Positions 40,775-55,950 of a stretch of 64,000 nucleotides of DNA are shown here, piece after piece; within the stretch, counting starts at the first letter, position 1, and the number at the start of each line of letters is the position of its first letter. Origin of the DNA: Eledone cirrhosa (Eukaryota); the NCBI GenBank assembly GCA_964016885.1, contig OZ024744.1, positions 26,226,001-26,290,000 of the forward strand, written 5' to 3'. The position numbers were made by a program, and so were the translations under genes. The notes beneath the pieces were generated by a model. It ran no database searches. It was not told where the DNA came from and saw only the letters and a list, made by a program, of their open reading frames with translations.

Positions 40775-41063
40775 TAAGTTCAACGAGAAGATCTACACCT
40801 AAAATGAGGGAGCAGCCATTGGCGTCAGCATAGCTGGTGATGTTGCCAACCTGTTTATGGTATGGTGGGAAAGGAGACTTAAATATCTCCTTAATGAGAG
40901 CTCCATAGACCTCATCATGTACTCTCGTTATGTAGACGATATCAATATAGTTATAAGAACATCCCCACTAGAGAGCACTAACAAGTTTGATTTAGAACGT
41001 AGCACAATGGAAAGCATCCAGCAGATAGCTAATTCCATACACCAGAGTATAACTGTAACTATC
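40775..41063 (+). pseudogene. Penelope-like RT fragment
   Basis: Translates as FKFNEKIY..EGAAIGVSIAGDVANLFM..YSRYVDDINIV. Confidence 0.8.
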
Positions 41064-41200
41064 GAGTTTATGCCATACGGTGTTAAGGCATAAACTCAGG
41101 CTGTTCAGTTTGTTTACAAACGAACAAAGCGGCGTTATAGTAAGCGTCCGCTAAACTGATGCGTGCATATATGTATGTGTACCTGTATGTATATATATGT

Positions 41201-41261
<61 letters not shown>

Positions 41262-41503
41262 GTGTGCATGCTACTGTACGTCTGTATACATAGGTGTATG
41301 TACGTATACATACATACTTACATTTAAGTAAGTGCCATACTAAGAGTGAGAAATGAAATTTCGTTTTCATTTTTTTCAACTTATTGTTTTCGGTATGCCT
41401 GACCGATTTAACTCACTCAATATGCAAATTAGGCTGCTCAGCCGTTAATTTTCATAAGGAAAGTATATACTTTCGAACGTTCAACTATCTGGCAGATGGG
41501 TAT

Positions 41504-41546
41504 ACGGTGCTGATGATAGCTAACAAGCTTAAAACTAGTACATCGT
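41504..41546 (+). ncRNA. Minimal type I hammerhead (G12 mutated to A)
   Basis: acggtg-CTGATGA-tagc(taacaa)gctt-AAAA-ctag-TA-catcgt. Confidence 0.65.
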
Positions 41547-41704
41547 TCCTGTGTCAGTGTTGAACAAAAAGGTGACGTGGTTGCCTTAACACCGTATGGC
41601 ATAAACTCAGGCTGTTCAGTTTGTTTACAAACGAACAAAGCGGCGTTATAGTAAGCGTCCGCTAAACTGATGCGTGCATATATGTATGTGTACCTGTATG
41701 TATA

Positions 41705-41748
<44 letters not shown>

Positions 41749-41985
41749 CATGCTACTGTACGTCTGTATACATATGTGTATGTACGTATACATACATACT
41801 TACATTTAAGTAAGTGCCATACTAAGAGTGAGAAATGAAATTTCGTTTTCATTTTTTTCAACTTATTGTTTTCGGTATGCCTGACCGATTTAACTCACTC
41901 AATATGCAAATTAGGCTGCTCAGCCGTTAATTTTCATAAGGAAAGTATATACTTTCGAACGTTCAACTATCTGGCAGATGGGTAT

Positions 41986-42028
41986 ACGGTGCTGATGATA
42001 ACTAACAAGCTTGAAACTAGTACATCGT
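41986..42028 (+). ncRNA. Minimal type I hammerhead (weakened stem II)
   Basis: acggtg-CTGATGA-taac(taacaa)gctt-GAAA-ctag-TA-catcgt. Stem III (actagt) is palindromic. Confidence 0.7.
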
Positions 42029-42192
42029 TCCTGTGTCAGTGTTGAACAAAAAGGTGACGTGGTTGCCTTAACACCGTATGGCATAAACTCAGGCTGTTCA
42101 GTTTGTTTACAAACGAACAAAGCGGCGTTATAGTAAGCGTCCGCTAAACTGATGCGTGCATATATGTATGTGTACCTGTATGTATATATATG

Positions 42193-42272
<80 letters not shown>

Positions 42273-42324
42273 CATGCTACTGTACGTCTGTATACATATG
42301 TGTATGTACGTATACATACATACT

Positions 42325-42394
<70 letters not shown>

Positions 42395-42407
42395 TTTGAA
42401 AGATTAA

Positions 42408-43135
42408 GGACCACGAGGGCTGTGCTGCGGCCATTTTAACAGCTAGATCCGAACTGAAGTGCCGGTATTTACCCGAATACCGGCCGCTTCAATTCGGATC
42501 TATCTGTTGAAACGGCCGGAGCTCAGCCGTCGGGGTCCTGTATCTTTCATATTACCCACTCTACTAGCCCAAGTATCGAGTACTCTGGTGAATAATAAGG
42601 ACCTACCAATCTCTGAAGCTGAGCGCTTCCTCCTCGCCCGTGGTTTGCGTTTTATACCAACCACAGCTACCTGCACACGGACCGAGATTGAAGGGTTCTT
42701 CCGTCGATTGAAGCTGAAAGCTTTTTTTCACGACACTCCATCATCGATACAGACGGATGATTTCACTCGTATCAGTCACCGGCAATCACATTAGACGCCG
42801 AGCTCTAGCCAGTTCAGCACCCTCGACTTCTTTGTCGATCCTTCTATCTAACACACCCGTAATAATCTATGAAGACCAAACCAACAACATGAGGTCAATA
42901 TATATATACGTATGGTGGTGGGCCGGTTTAAAGAACGTTTCCTTAATCATCAGACGACAGTTAGACATTCGGGAAGCGATCGGCCACGAAGCTGGCAAGC
43001 TGCATATCGTCACTTAACGATTCAGACGTGGATTACTCCATTCAATGGAACCTTCTGACCAAACCTAGGCCATACAGAAATGGGAATTTGTCTTGTGGTC
43101 TGTGCATCATCGAACAATAAATATACTTCATCGAT
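42408..43135 (+). mobile_element. Heavily deleted Penelope-like element: fold-back HHR-family terminus, N-terminal ORF piece and GIY-YIG remnant
   Basis: gaaacggccggagctcagccgtcgggg runs into DLPISEAERFLLARGLRFIPT..FFRRLKLKAFF, and later IYV..FKERFLNH and DYSIQWNLL..CGLC. Confidence 0.75.
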
Positions 43136-44123
43136 TACGTAATAGTTCTCCTCCCTCTATGTCTCTCTTTCAATCTACTCTCTCACGACCACTATCTCTT
43201 TATCTCTATCCTTCTCTCTTTCTCTCTGTTTATGAAGGTATCCAGAAAACCCCATATCTCGGGAACCTGTGCTTCGATTTATGGGAAACTTGTTCAGAGT
43301 CAATTTCCTTTCAAAGTATTTTACCATTATGCGCCCCTTTGGCTGTATTACATTACAGACAAGCAAACAAGCGATCACAGACTTTTATATATAAAACGGA
43401 AGATGTCTGTCTCTGTGTGTGCATGATATTTATGCATTTCCACATTTCTCTACTGAATTTGATGATATTTTTCCAATGTGTTCCAAATTTACCAATGATG
43501 GTCAATGCGTAATAAACTTTGCCAAACATTTTCCTGCTTCTATGAAAAGAATCGATAAAACTAAATACATGCTGTAACCCTCTCTCCTACACGCTTATTC
43601 ACTCTCTCTAATACCCAACAGCGATAAAACTTCGTTTAGGAACGCGACATAAACTTTGAAAACTAAGCAACACATCATTTAATACAACAACAAACATAGT
43701 CATAACACTCTCTCCGTCGCTCTTCCCTCTCTCCATAATAGATCATTCCCCCTCTCTATAATTTAACTGCTTTACTCTCTTCGTGCTTGGAGGTTTAACA
43801 CACCTCCCTATAGTTTCTTAGCTTTACTCTCTCCATCGCTCTTCCCTCTCTCTATAATAGATTATTCCCCCTCTCTATAATTTAACTACTGGGGGAGTCA
43901 TTGGAGTTCCGTATTGATATACGGCTTTTCTGGGGTATTTTAAATCGGCTTATTGCAAATAACAACCCGCAAGATAACACTTCATATAACAGATTAATGC
44001 TATAGACATATGAATCGGAATGTTTAAATTATTTATTTTTTACGACTTTCATTGGTTAAATATTAATATGACAACACCCATAGTGTTGTACTTCTGGCAA
44101 TTCTGCTGAATACACAGCCAAGG

Positions 44124-44836
<713 letters not shown>

Positions 44837-45135
44837 AGTGTGTATGTGTGTGTATGGATGTATGTATATGGTTATATTGTTTATATTTGTGCATGTGTAT
44901 AACAAGATGCATCTTTTCATGTATGACCCTTTGTATGACCCATTGTGTAGCTTTATATGACTTTGTGTATATAACATTTTGGGGTATAGACAGATATATG
45001 TATGTATCTTTGTAGACGTGCGTGGGCTTGTAGTAATAGGCGCATATTTGTAAGAGTGTTTATGAGCCAGTGTGTGTGTGTATGTGTGTGTGTGGGTGCA
45101 CCCACTGTAGGGTAAGGGCTTGTTTGTGTGTATAT

Positions 45136-45214
<79 letters not shown>

Positions 45215-45283
45215 AAAAAGAGATGAAATCGAAAATGCAACTGGAGTCTTATTTTTTTTAAAAATATATATATTTATTTGGTT

Positions 45284-45320
45284 CTTTTACCGGTTTCGCA
45301 GTTCTTCTGCTTTTAAAAAG
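45284..45320 (-). ncRNA. Decayed minimal hammerhead, probably of U3:A8 type
   Basis: Minus strand: cttt-TT(g missing)AAAA-gcag(aagaa)ctgc-GAAA-ccgg-TA-aaag. Confidence 0.5.
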
Positions 45321-45399
45321 GTGAGTTGAGATGGAGGGTCTGTGGTTTTTCTCACAGTAAATAAAGGATTATGAGTTCATGCAATTGACTTATGTTTCG

Positions 45400-45461
<62 letters not shown>

Positions 45462-45476
45462 TATACACATATATAT

Positions 45477-46141
45477 ATATATAGTAGAATAATCGAGTAT
45501 CGAAAAATCGGCGCACGAGTTCACGATAAACAAAATTCGATATGAGCGGCAGAGATAAATCAGAGCTATAACTATCGTTAAAATACCGTTACACATAGAA
45601 CAAGTCTATAATCAACCGTACGATCGAAAATTTGCGATCCGGAAGATTCGGGACACTCAGATAAAGAATCAATAAATCAATAAATTAAATGAATGTAAAA
45701 AGCATACCCGGACCCGCTAAGAAGATGTTAAATCTAGCTTCTTGGGTTTCTGTAAATCCTTAAACTGTTATCTCTCAGCTCACATAAAAATATATAAGAT
45801 TTCTAGGTACCAGTGGACAGGAAAATTTACTTCTTCAACGAGCTTTGTCCAAGCGAATGAAATGGCATAACCCAAGCTAAATACGCACATGGAATTCGGC
45901 AAGGGAGATAACCTCTACATCCGCGAAAAATATTCGGGAAAATGTGGAAATACACATATCGAATAAGAGTGCTCAATAGACATGTTAAAATAAACAGGAG
46001 CTATTCATCATTTAATAGAATCGACAAAAAATGAACAATAAAATTAACTGGTCAATAGCTAGGTCTAGAGCTAAATATAGTAGAATAATCGAGTATCGAA
46101 AAATCGGCGCACGAGTTCACGATAAACAATATTCGATATAT
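45477..46141 (+). repeat. ~65-bp direct repeats about 597 bp apart
   Basis: atagtagaataatcgagtatcgaaaaatcggcgcacgagttcacgataaacaa at 45481 and 46077. Confidence 0.85.
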
Positions 46142-46306
46142 AGGTCTAGAGTTCGCAAATCGCTAGATGTTGCGTCAACCGAACTCCAATACTTTGTTTA
46201 TAACCATTTAATTCATCATCGCTCGCTCTGAAGAATTAACTGGTTATAAACAAAGTATTGGAGTTCGATTGACGCAACATCTAGCGATTAGCGAACTCTA
46301 GACCTA
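46141..46306. mobile_element. Palindromic MITE-like element (~75-bp arms), TA-flanked
   Basis: taggtctagagttcgc...gcgaactctagaccta. Confidence 0.75.
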
Positions 46307-47544
46307 CCAGATCAAAGAAACAATTGTCAGCACTATGAATAAAGTCCTTATTGTATAGACAACCATCTTACTCTTATCTCTTAAATTATTATTACTCCAA
46401 GTATAACCTACATACAAATCACCGTGAACTCGCTGCATCACTATGGAAGCGTCTTGTTGAGTCAAACTAAGCCATACGTTAATACCATCCACAACACAGA
46501 GTACTCTAACTGGACTACCTCTAAGTGGATTGCCTATAACGATAACTTGTTATCCCTTATATATATATATATGTATATATATATATGTTTGTCTGATGGT
46601 AACTAAGAAGCTTCCATAGGCGGTATGCCGGTTGAGCACTCTATGTTCTTACAGAGCAGAGTGTGATATAATATAAAACGAAAATCAGTGATACATCTGA
46701 ACTGAATTTATTGTGTGTTACAATTGTTTCGTCGGCAGACAGCTCGAGACACGATCATTGTGTGGATCTGTCTGATTCTGGATCTGCAGGTTCGTCGGAC
46801 ACTTCTAATAACTTCGGATCAAATTTTCTCACTGGGGTGTTAGCGTCAAAACACATCCGCTTCGCTCGTCCTGCTATTGGCTGTTGTTTTCCTATGTCAT
46901 CATACATTTTTACCAACAGGTACTGTCAAAATTGACCACCAGCTGTCCCTTTTCCTGCCACACTTCAATGAATCCCCGCTGGGTTTGGTAGTTCACACGT
47001 ACATGCGCGCACTCACACACATATCTATATATATATATATACACACACAATCATACACACACATACGCACACAATCATATAAATAACAACACATCCGTAA
47101 GCATATACTCCCGCTATACATACGCACCCATAAAACTATAGACATACACGTCCACAGACGCCTGCCTACATGCCCACGTACATCAACTCACACACACGCA
47201 CACAGGCGCACACACATGCATATGCGTATACCTACTCGTATACACAAACACGTACAGACATATACATAGACACGCTCACGCACATACACACACCTGTCCA
47301 TATATATATAGGCACAAAAATAGACACGTTCGCAAACACACAAATATATGTATATGTATATATATATATACATATATATACACTCAAACCAGCCCTTACC
47401 CTACAGTGGCTGCACATACACACACACACACACTGGCTCATAAACATTCTTACAAATATGCGCCTATTACCTACAGGCCCACGAACTTCTACAAAGATAC
47501 ATACATATATCTGTCTATACACAAATATGATATATACACAAAGT

Positions 47545-50065
47545 TTTAGCTCCACAATGAAAAGCATGGAAGAATGCCAGGATTTACTTGTGCCCTCGGA
47601 CAAAACTGGTAATGTATACATGCTTGACCGTTTTACATACAACGACTGCATCGGGGAAGAGGTTAGGAAAAATTACAGGACCACAGGACAGAACAACCTA
47701 GATAACATTAACGCCACGACCAAAAAGAAATAATGACCGGGCTAGGAATAGATGATAGGGCCGAAATATATGTACCTAGAAAACCTTGGATATCCATTAA
47801 GGATTATAAATTAGACTTTAGAACTAATCTACCTGTTAGGCTAATAGCACCCTCCAAATCAGAAATAGGTAGGACCAGCAAGAATATCATAGACAGAATA
47901 CTACCGGTACTTAGGAACAAAACTAGGCTTAGCTTATGGACCTTCACTAAGGAGGTAATTGACTGGCTCTCGCTAATAGATAGCAAACAGCAGGTAAATT
48001 GTATTTAACTTAGACATAGCGAATTACTACGTGTCAGTATCACCTGTAATAGTGAACAAGGCCCTCATGAGCGCCATGGCCAAGTTCACCTCACTAGGGA
48101 GGAGGCTAGCCTCATAGTAGCAACTAGAAAGACGCTAATTAGATTCGAAGACAAGTTATGGGAGGGGAGGGACAGATCCCACAGTTTCGATATTAACATG
48201 GGGTCAAGCGATTCGGCGCAGGTGACCGATCTGGTGGGGATCTATCTCCTCCATAGATTAGCGGAGGAGATCCCAGGGATCGGCGGAGGAATATACAAAT
48301 ATAACGCACTTTTTACCTTCCGTTCCCTAAACCCCAGCCAGATGGAGAGTATGAGGAAGCGGATATCGCATTGTTTTAAGCAACACGGCTTATCCGTGAT
48401 GATAGATCCTAGGACTAAGACGGTGAATTTCCTGGACGTTACCCTGGAAATGAATACGAGCATCCACCAACCTTATGACAAGAGCAATGAGAACCTGCAA
48501 TTTGTGAGCAGGCTATCGAACCAACCCAAGTCAGTCATAGAAACAATAGTTAAAGGGGTATCAAAACGCGTATCCATCTTGTCGGCCAACGCAGACGTGT
48601 TCAAACAGCACACCGACTATTATAATGAGGCACTGCGCAGGGCCGGTTACACAGACAGCATAGTGTATACAATAGACAGGGAAGAGCCTAGCGCTGAGCC
48701 ATGCGGATACGGCAATAGCTGTGGCACTTCCATAGGTAGAAGAACTGACTCGGTACTAGCCTCCAAGTACACGAGTAGCAAGCAGGACCGACAATAGGAC
48801 AGACGAAGACACACACGAGAGCTAGACCACCCAGTACACGTAGACAAAGGCCCGGCACGCACACCACATTCGTCGCGGTAACTAGAACTAAGGACAGGGT
48901 AACAAGTAAGGCCGTGGCGCCCGCTAGAGGGAACACCCGGCCTGGTAGCAGTTATAGCCCCGACAACAGCACCACATAGCATTAAAGAGACTAACAGTAG
49001 AGCCGACAATACAAAACGGAATACCTTAGTAAAGGAAAGGCGTAACCATGACGCCCACAGCAGACATATAGATAGAGGCAGCATAGGGGACGTAATAATG
49101 GGCGGGCAAAACTCGAGATGGACATCAGACCCAAGACACACTCACACTACTACACACACACGCGAAAAAACAAGACTAGATCTAAGGCCGTTACATGGTT
49201 TAACGTGGCGTATTCTAAACATGTACGCAGCAATGTGCAAGGGCTTTTTTTTCCAAGCGTTAGATGAGTGCTTCCCGCCGTGGAACAGATACCACAAGAT
49301 TTTCAACCGCCACACGTTGAAGTTTTCCTTCTCCACAGCACCTAACATGGCAGATACATGGCCAAAACCAACGCGGTAAAGCTGGGGAACCTCGACCGTC
49401 AACCGCGGCGGCAGAATGACCGTCCATCAGAGCCGGAGGGCCCCTCGAGGACCGGTCTTCCAACAACAACCCGGCCCTCGCGGCGGCCGCCACGCCCGCG
49501 GAAGGCGATACAATCCAACGCCGGGAGGGAACGAGTGGCGGGGGAGAGCACCTTGCCGGTTGAACAACACCCTGAGAATCGGGAGAGGGCCCTAGCAAAT
49601 CAAGGGCCAGGCGTCCGAAATGAACAAAATAACGACAGAACATGTAATTGCAGAGCGAGCACCCAGAGCCCCCTGCAGGGAAGATGCCTGACGATGGGCT
49701 TGGTATATAAATCTGTGGTTAGCACGCACCATAAAAAGCGCACCTACATCGGCGCAACATCCACGACCTTTAAATCGAGGATGTAAACCACACGAACGCT
49801 TTCAAGGACCGCAGTAAGAGGCACCCTACTAGGCTAGCGGATCTGGTGTGGGACTTGAAAGACAAGGACACCCCATACGCCCTTGACTGGAGTATCGTTC
49901 GGCACGCGAATGCATACTCGGTTGGAAGTATAAAGTGTAGCCTATGCCTATACGAGGCCATGGAGATAGTCAGACTGAAGGATGAAATCGGAAATAATCA
50001 TGACGTGCAGACACCAGAGAAGGTGCACACTCTCCGCATGGAATCCACCGGGAAGACAGGCTAAA
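47545..50065 (+). mobile_element. Penelope-like element: degraded RT + GIY-YIG ORF
   Basis: Translates as LLVPSDKTGNVY, IKDYK..PVRLIAPSKSEIG, MGSSDSAQVTDLVG, VNFLDVTL, FPP..YHKIFNRHTLKFSFS, CNCR..PLQGRCL..LVYK..TYIGATSTTFKSR and CSLCLYE. Confidence 0.9.
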
Positions 50066-50536
50066 GGCATGCGACGGAGCGCACGCCGACCTGAGCGGCG
50101 AAACGGGTTTAAGGGATCAGACACCATACCCTGATGACAGTATATGCCCCGTGGGGTAAACCAAAATAACACAAGATGCATACCCGACTCTGCACGCCAC
50201 CTTAGGCGAGAACATCACCTGAGCCACGACAGGTTGACCCGGATTCCACTGACTTTCAGTCAAATACCTTACACCAACATACCTCAAACACAGTAACAAC
50301 ATACCTCAAACACAGTGACATACTCCAGTATGGCCGGTCCACGCACCCCCATGCATGTGTACCTTTTCAATCGAGAATCCAGACTCTCTACGTATTCAAT
50401 TTTGGAACACATACTATAGCTCCGTATACAGGCCCAAGTGTACATCTCATACTCCTCTTATGTACTACCTCATACGCATACACGTCCCCCTTCTTCTTTT
50501 TTGTTGTATATCTCTGGGACATTATATGTATATTTT

Positions 50537-50712
50537 GGCAGTATCAGTAGAGGGTCGGACGCCATGCTTTCCAGCATAGTTACGTCCCTTTATGATCTGA
50601 GTTCAAATCCCGCCGAGGTTGACTTTGCCTTTCATCCTTACGGGGTCGATAAAATAAAGTACCAGTAATGCACTGGGTAATTGCTGGCCTTGTACCTAAA
50701 ATAGAAACAATT
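50537..50712 (+). mobile_element. SINE (MetaSINE-like)
   Basis: gagttcaaatcccgccgaggttgactttgcctttcatccttacggggtcgataaaataaagtaccag. Confidence 0.75.
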
Positions 50713-50935
50713 ATATGTATATTTTTAATATATAGTATATTTCTGTTTTATATGTGTGTATATATGTATGCGTATATGTATATATGTGTGTATATATAAA
50801 TATATATATGTATGTATATGTGTATGTGTATGTGTAAGGATGTATGTATATGGTTATATTGTTTATATATGTGTATGTATGTATGTGTATGTACATATGT
50901 GTGTGTGTATGTGTATATATATATATATATATGTG

Positions 50936-50970
<35 letters not shown>

Positions 50971-50992
50971 ACATTTATATATATATATATAT

Positions 50993-51090
<98 letters not shown>

Positions 51091-51153
51091 TTGTATATAT
51101 ATATATATATGTATGTATATATATATATATATGTATGTATATATATATGTATG

Positions 51154-51189
<36 letters not shown>

Positions 51190-51202
51190 TATGTATATGT
51201 AT

Positions 51203-51315
<113 letters not shown>

Positions 51316-51339
51316 TGTATATATATATATATATATATA

Positions 51340-51523
51340 TAGGAACGAGCAGGACCCCGACGGCTGAGCTCAAGCCGTTTCGACGGCTAATTCTGGAGTC
51401 CAGAATTACCGGTCGAAACGGCTTGAGCTCAGCCGTCGGGGTCCTGCTCGTTCCTATATATATATATATATAGTAGTTTGGTGCGTTATGGTCCAACTGG
51501 TTCCTTACCACATTTCCTTTGTT
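51340..51523. mobile_element. ~116-bp palindrome of U3:A8-HHR-family 3' halves plus tail, inside (TA)n
   Basis: aggaacgagcaggaccccgacggc...gccgtcggggtcctgctcgttcct. Confidence 0.8.
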
Positions 51524-51534
51524 ATATATATATA

Positions 51535-51673
<139 letters not shown>

Positions 51674-51730
51674 AAAATGTAATCTGAGTTTTTGGAATAT
51701 TAATAATAACATTCGATTCGTTTGCACATG

Positions 51731-52630
51731 TACACATGTACCAAACTACTAACAAAGATTATAATCGTTATTCTTTATTAAATGTATACCGTCCCATTAA
51801 TACTTAGTATATCTCTATATATTCGATTCGTTTGCAATTATGCAAACAACCCTCAATTTTATAGCCTTGTCAGTAGAATGAACCCTTCATTCTTTCTCTT
51901 GTGTCGAAAAACTCAGATTACAGTTATTGTATTCAGCCATGTAGAGCGAAACTTTTCTTTTTTATTTGAATTTGGCAAAGCCGGCCATTTATAGCTCGTA
52001 CACAGGAAACTGACTGGCCAGTCTGCTGATATGCAAATCTGGCTGATCAGTCAGATCTGCTAATATGCAGATCTGACTGATCAGCCAGTGTGTTAATATG
52101 CAAATCAGGCCGATCAGTCACTGTATATTTTTGAATATAGCATATACTTCCACTAGCTCTGACAGTTGACAGGTGAACAGTGAGCTGTACTGATGAAGAG
52201 TGATGCTCAGAAACATTAGTGTCTGTAGTTCTGTTTACATGCCAACACAAAAGTGTTAGTGGAAATATATGCTATATTCTAAAATAAACAGTGACTGATC
52301 GGTCTGATTTGCATATTAGCAGAGTGGCTGATCAGTAGACTGGCCAATCAGTTTCCTGTGTACGGGCTATAAATGGCCGGCTTTGCCAAATTCAAATAAA
52401 AAAGAAAAGTTTCGCTCTACATGGCTGAATACAATAACTGTAATCTGAGGTTTTCGACACAAGAGAAAGAATGAAGGGTTCATTCTACTGACATGGCTAT
52501 AAAATTGACGGTTGTTTGCATAATTGCAAACGAATCGAATATATAGAGATATACTAAGTATTAATGGGACGGTATACATTTAATAAAGAATAACGATTAT
52601 AATCTTTGTTAGTAGTTTGGTACATGTGTA
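51731..52630. repeat. ~900-bp fold-back (arms 51731-52155 and 52257-52630)
   Basis: tacacatgtaccaaactactaac... versus ...gttagtagtttggtacatgtgta. Mirror-image ORFs lie at 51782 (+) and 52579 (-). Confidence 0.95.
52183..52230 (+). ncRNA. Type I hammerhead ribozyme in the fold-back spacer
   Basis: agctgta-CTGATGA-agag(tgatg)ctca-GAAA-ca(ttag)tg-TC-tgtagtt. Confidence 0.7.
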
Positions 52631-53383
52631 ACTACGATTATGTTATTACACTAGATAAAGATATTTGCACAAACTATACATTGATATACTAGATATTAAT
52701 AAAACATAGCGATTACAAACAGTGTTAGTAGTTCCACCTCCAGTTTAGTGGAGATATAAACCAATATTTGTCTGCCAATATTGTTTGTTAAAAATACATA
52801 AAAAGCAAAGCGCAAAGCCAACTTTCTGAGTCTTCAAAAACCATCTCCAAATGAGTAAAATACATATATATATATATATAAAATACATACATATATATAA
52901 AAATGTAAACGCATGAATAATCCACAGTTCAAATTACAAATATGTTTATATTGTATAATAACATAATCATACTTATAGTTCGGTATATCTCTATATATAG
53001 TTTGTACAAATATATTTATATTGTATAATAACATAATCATAATTAGAGTTCGGTCTTCCCTAGAAGGTAGAACTAATATAATTTCTTAATATAATATATG
53101 AACAAATAATAAATTATAGTCTTGATATTATGATCAATACACACATATATATATATATAGCTGAAAACTCTGACATCTTTAGGTTTAATTATATAACCTG
53201 CTAATACTTTAGGCACTATAACTATTTAACAATAAATTCCTTAATAGTTATATCTGTAAATATCTCATAAATTATATTATAGAAAATGTTAGGGTATAAA
53301 TATTGAGTTTTATCATAAGTTAATTACTACCTTGATTAAATCTTAACCATCTAACATGTCCGGGTATGTCATGTATCATTTTA

Positions 53384-53446
53384 TTTTATCTGACGAGGAC
53401 GTACTGTTGAACTTAATTCAGTACCTCTGAAATATGTATAATAAAA
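53384..53446 (+). ncRNA. Type I hammerhead ribozyme
   Basis: ttttat-CTGACGA-ggacgtactg..cagtacctct-GAAA-tatgta-TA-ataaaa. Confidence 0.75.
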
Positions 53447-53912
53447 TTTTATTGATCACAAGAATATCTATTTTGTTAATATTGGAATTAATATTAATAA
53501 CTCTGGAAAATATCCACTGTAGAGTGCTTCCAATCTAATGTAAAACTCATTCTGTGATGTACTCATTGAATCTTGTTTAACTCTTTAATATATGCATATA
53601 TATATATTTCGTTTCTGAATTTGTTTAACAAGATCCTTTATCTGAAAACGTGTGTTGAAACCGATATTGTTATACTTTGGGAAGGTCATGTTGCCAATAA
53701 GAAACACACGCACCACTGCGTTCACTCCAATTTATTATAAATTAAATTTATAAATTTAAGAAATTTGTAAATTTCCGGTTGGTTGGTTGGTTCCACAACG
53801 GGATGGTTGTTCATATATTGTCAAAGTTCTTTCGTCACACCTCTTTAGTGACTGGGGATTATTTTCTTTGATTTGTGCCTCTCCTTTGTTCTGTACTACG
53901 CCATCTTGTTTT

Positions 53913-53987
<75 letters not shown>

Positions 53988-54417
53988 TGAGAGCGGGGTA
54001 TGAACCCGGCCGTGGCGCCGGTTTGACAATAGAATCTTTGATAAAATATGTAACCCTGTCGTTATAACTAACCATGTCATTGCCCTAGCGTGACCACAGC
54101 CTAATTTCTGAACCCAGTAAGAGAATAAAAGATGAATAGCATACTTCATGCATTTCTTTCCGACAAAGAACACCGATGGATTCTTTATATTCTTAATCTG
54201 ATCTTAGACGACCAGTAATTGCCGTGAAGATTTAAGGCATATTTAACGTTTCGTGGCCTTGTCCTTCGTTAGAGAATAGAGAAAAGTCCTATAATATTTT
54301 GTTAGGATAGCTATTTAGATATCACACACACACACGTTTATATATATACACACAACACACATATATATACACACGTATATGTAAGTATATATATATGCAT
54401 ATCTATATAAATATTGA

Positions 54418-55285
<868 letters not shown>

Positions 55286-55950
55286 GAAAATAGACAATCG
55301 AAAAAATTGTTTTAATTATTGGTTAAATGATATATTCCATACTTAAATGAGTGACCTACTTGTGAACAAATTATTTATTTATTTAATCAATTTAAACGTC
55401 AGTATAGAGCTAGTAAGCCATTGCAAAGTGAGAAAAGTTATCTAATCCCCCTTATAATTAAGAAACAAAACAATTAATATTTGATTATAATCATTTGGTC
55501 CACCAAAGACCAAACAAGCCAAACATATATCTTGTGAAGAATTTAGAAAATCAGGGTTTCTATCATACGCCTCATTCTCTTTCTTCTCTCCTCTCCTCTT
55601 CTCTCCTCTCCTCTTCTCCATCACATCTCTCTCTTTTCATACTGCATTCCCTTTCTCTCTCACTTCCCCTCTCCCTGTCTCCCTCTCCCTCTTTCACTCT
55701 TTCTATGTTTCTATCTGTTTCTATGTGCTTCTTTATTTTATATATTTACAGTTTATTTACAGAATTTATGAAATTCTTTGTAAATTTACATACATTTTAA
55801 CATTCCTCTCAAAATACCACAGTTAGTGATGTACTACATACACACAGAAATACACACACAGACACACTCACACAAACACACACATGCGTATGTGTTTGTT
55901 TTTCATATACACGTGTGTATGCATGTATGTATGTATGTATGTATGTATGT

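Larger units (their letters stand above)
41087..42328 (+). repeat. Tandem array of ~482-511-bp units (2.5 copies); each complete unit has a hammerhead and a (TA)n tract
   Basis: ggcataaactcaggctgttcag starts at 41087, 41598 and 42080. Confidence 0.95.

Noticed and set aside
42930-42958. Minus-strand ctgatga..gaaacgtt
   Set aside because: It has no stem II and is explained by GIY-YIG coding sequence on the plus strand.
50085-50260. Hammerhead after the 47.5-50 kb PLE ORF (gccg..cggcGAAA at ~50100; CTGATGA at 50132)
   Set aside because: The motifs do not assemble into consistent stems I-III.
51782-52579. Duplicated 70-aa ORF pair
   Set aside because: They are a by-product of the inverted repeat and have no recognisable domain.
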